Positions 62,445 to 64,000 of a stretch of 64,000 nt of DNA are shown here, in pieces. This DNA comes from an uncultured Gemmatimonadales bacterium (GTDB taxonomy: Bacteria; Gemmatimonadota; Gemmatimonadetes; Gemmatimonadales; GWC2-71-9), in NCBI GenBank assembly GCA_963748815.1, contig CAVVKJ010000010.1, positions 672,001-736,000 of the forward strand. Reading direction: 5' to 3'. Both the position numbers and the translations under genes were made by a program. The notes below the pieces were generated by a model that was not told where the DNA came from, made no database searches, and saw only the letters and a program-made list of their open reading frames with translations. Positions within the stretch are counted from its first letter, which is position 1. Each line of letters starts with the position of its first letter.

Positions 62445-63347
62445 ATGGCAATTGCGGCACGGATATCGCCCATTCGTCTTGACATGGCGATGAATCTTTC
62501 GGTCACGTTCTGGGGCACACGCGGCACGATCCCCGTGCCCGGCCCCGGTACGGTGCACTATGGCGGGAATACGCCCTGCGTCTCGATCGAGGACAGCTCC
62601 GGTCCTTGCGTCATCCTGGACGCGGGGACCGGGATCCGTGGGCTCGGCCATCGCCTTCGTGATGCCCCGACGGCGAGCCGCCTCGACCTCTTCCTGTCCC
62701 ACGTCCACTGGGATCACATCCAGGGACTGCCCTTCTTCTCGCCGATGTACGCCGATGGGCAGGAGATCCACATCCACGGCCCCACACCGGTCGGCGTGTC
62801 GCTGGAGACGGTGCTCCAGCGCCAGCTGGACGCCGCCGTGTACCCGGTGCCGCGAGCCGCGCGGCCGGCGCGAGTGTCGGTGCACGAGTACGCCGCCGGC
62901 GCGGTCGTCGAGGTGCCCGGATTCACGGTCGAGAGTCGCGCCCTTTCACACCCCGGCGGCGCCCTTGGCTATCGGATCACGCCGACCGCCGGCGGGCCCG
63001 CCGTGGCCTACCTCACCGACAACGAGCTGGGGGCGGGCGGGATGGCGCGGGTGGCGCCCGCGTGGCGTGAGGAGCTGGTGCAATTTCTCGCCGGGGCTGC
63101 CCTGCTGATTCACGATGGGATGTACACCCCCGAGCTGGGGGCGGCGCGCGCCGGATGGGGGCACTCGACCGCGCTCGAGGCGGTCGCACTGGCTGCGGAC
63201 GCACGAGTCGGACGACTGGCGCTCTTCCATCATGACCCGGATCACGACGATCCCCAGGTGGACGCGCTGCTCGCGGCGGCCCGGGGGGCGGCCCCGCCTG
63301 GACTCACGGTCGACGCAGCCCGCGACGGCTGGACAGTGACGCTGTGA
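62445..63347 (+). CDS. MBL-fold metallo-hydrolase (true start may be ~62484-62490)
   Basis: FWGTRG, YGGNTPC, LDAGTG, SHVHWDHIQG, WGHS and FHHDP. Confidence 0.9.
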   Translation: MAIAARISPIRLDMAMNLSVTFWGTRGTIPVPGPGTVHYGGNTPCVSIEDSSGPCVILDAGTGIRGLGHRLRDAPTASRLDLFLSHVHWDHIQGLPFFSPMYADGQEIHIHGPTPVGVSLETVLQRQLDAAVYPVPRAARPARVSVHEYAAGAVVEVPGFTVESRALSHPGGALGYRITPTAGGPAVAYLTDNELGAGGMARVAPAWREELVQFLAGAALLIHDGMYTPELGAARAGWGHSTALEAVALAADARVGRLALFHHDPDHDDPQVDALLAAARGAAPPGLTVDAARDGWTVTL

Positions 63348-63373
63348 CTCGGATTCTCACAAGGAGTGGACCG

Positions 63374-64000
63374 ATGATTCGCACGGCCCGCCTGATGTGC
63401 CTGATTGGCCTCCTCGCCGCCGCGCCCCCGCTCCTCGGGCAGGGCGCGACCCCGGCCGTCGTGGTCCTGACGTTCGAGAACGGCGGCTCCTACGGCCTCG
63501 ACTCCCTCGACTTTTCCGGGTTGGGGCGAGGTATTCCCGCGGCGCTCACCGCGGACCTGGCACGCAACCCGGGCCTGCGCATGGTCGACCGGGCCCAGGC
63601 ACAGCAGATGATCGAGCGGGACGGCCTGAGCCGGAACGGCCGGGTCGACGCGACCGCCGCCGCCAAGGTCGGCAAACAGCTGGGCGCGACGTACGTGGTG
63701 ACCGGCACGTTCGTGGACTACTACGGGCGGGTACGCATCGACGCGCGACTCATCGACGCGGGCACGGGCGCCATCCTCGAGGTCGTATCCACGGGACAGC
63801 GTGCCCGATCGGAACTGCCGCAGATGATCGCCGACATCGCATCGCAACTGATGTCAGGGAAGCGGTTGCCGGCCCTGCCGACCGGGACGGCGGCGGGGGC
63901 CAAGGTCAGTTCGGACGCGCTCGTCCTGTTCGGGCGGGCGGTGCTGGCGCAGGATCAGGGGGACAAGGCGATGGCGGTGCAGTACTACCAGCAGGCGCTA
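63374..64000 (+). CDS. Secreted CsgG/HfaB/TolB-N-like protein (runs off the window)
   Basis: AAGGAG RBS; signal peptide; VVVLTFEN, LRMVDR, AAKVGKQLGA.YVVTG and RIDARLID..TG. Confidence 0.8.
   Translation, partial: MIRTARLMCLIGLLAAAPPLLGQGATPAVVVLTFENGGSYGLDSLDFSGLGRGIPAALTADLARNPGLRMVDRAQAQQMIERDGLSRNGRVDATAAAKVGKQLGATYVVTGTFVDYYGRVRIDARLIDAGTGAILEVVSTGQRARSELPQMIADIASQLMSGKRLPALPTGTAAGAKVSSDALVLFGRAVLAQDQGDKAMAVQYYQQAL

Noticed and set aside
63343..63361. Second CRP box (TGTGA...TCACA) at the MBL stop codon
   Set aside because: Spacing is 9 nt rather than 6. It may be a small hairpin near the next RBS, but it is not a canonical site.

Overview
High-GC bacterial chromosomal segment. Gene content and order suggest Gemmatimonadota; this is inference from protein style and synteny. 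Most of the window is housekeeping: gltX, trxA, pdxJ, ispE-tRNA(Gln)-prs-rplY-pth-hppA, a 2-oxoacid:ferredoxin oxidoreductase, ychF, rpsF-rpsR-rplI, smc, aroF, lolA, tmk, prmC-prfA-rpmE and a Crp regulator. The one clearly accessory region (~2.1-6.2 kb) is a tandem array of Ig-like/RCC1-like repeat lipoprotein paralogs. None of its four segments is full length, and they are arranged as two equal units (C-terminal half, conserved ~460-bp junction, N-terminal half). Other notable items: a JAB(RadC-like)-DinG fusion inside a tightly coupled DUF4159/DUF4175/TPR/transglutaminase operon, a His-less tandem Hpt-like protein, a FakA-FakB (DAK2-DegV) fusion, a CRP-type palindrome on the Crp stop codon upstream of an MBL hydrolase, several apparently leaderless genes, non-canonical start codons, and a tandem/inverted repeat element between convergent genes. 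Scattered single-base frameshifts in essential genes are most likely long-read consensus errors. No CRISPR array, integrase, transposase or reverse transcriptase was seen.
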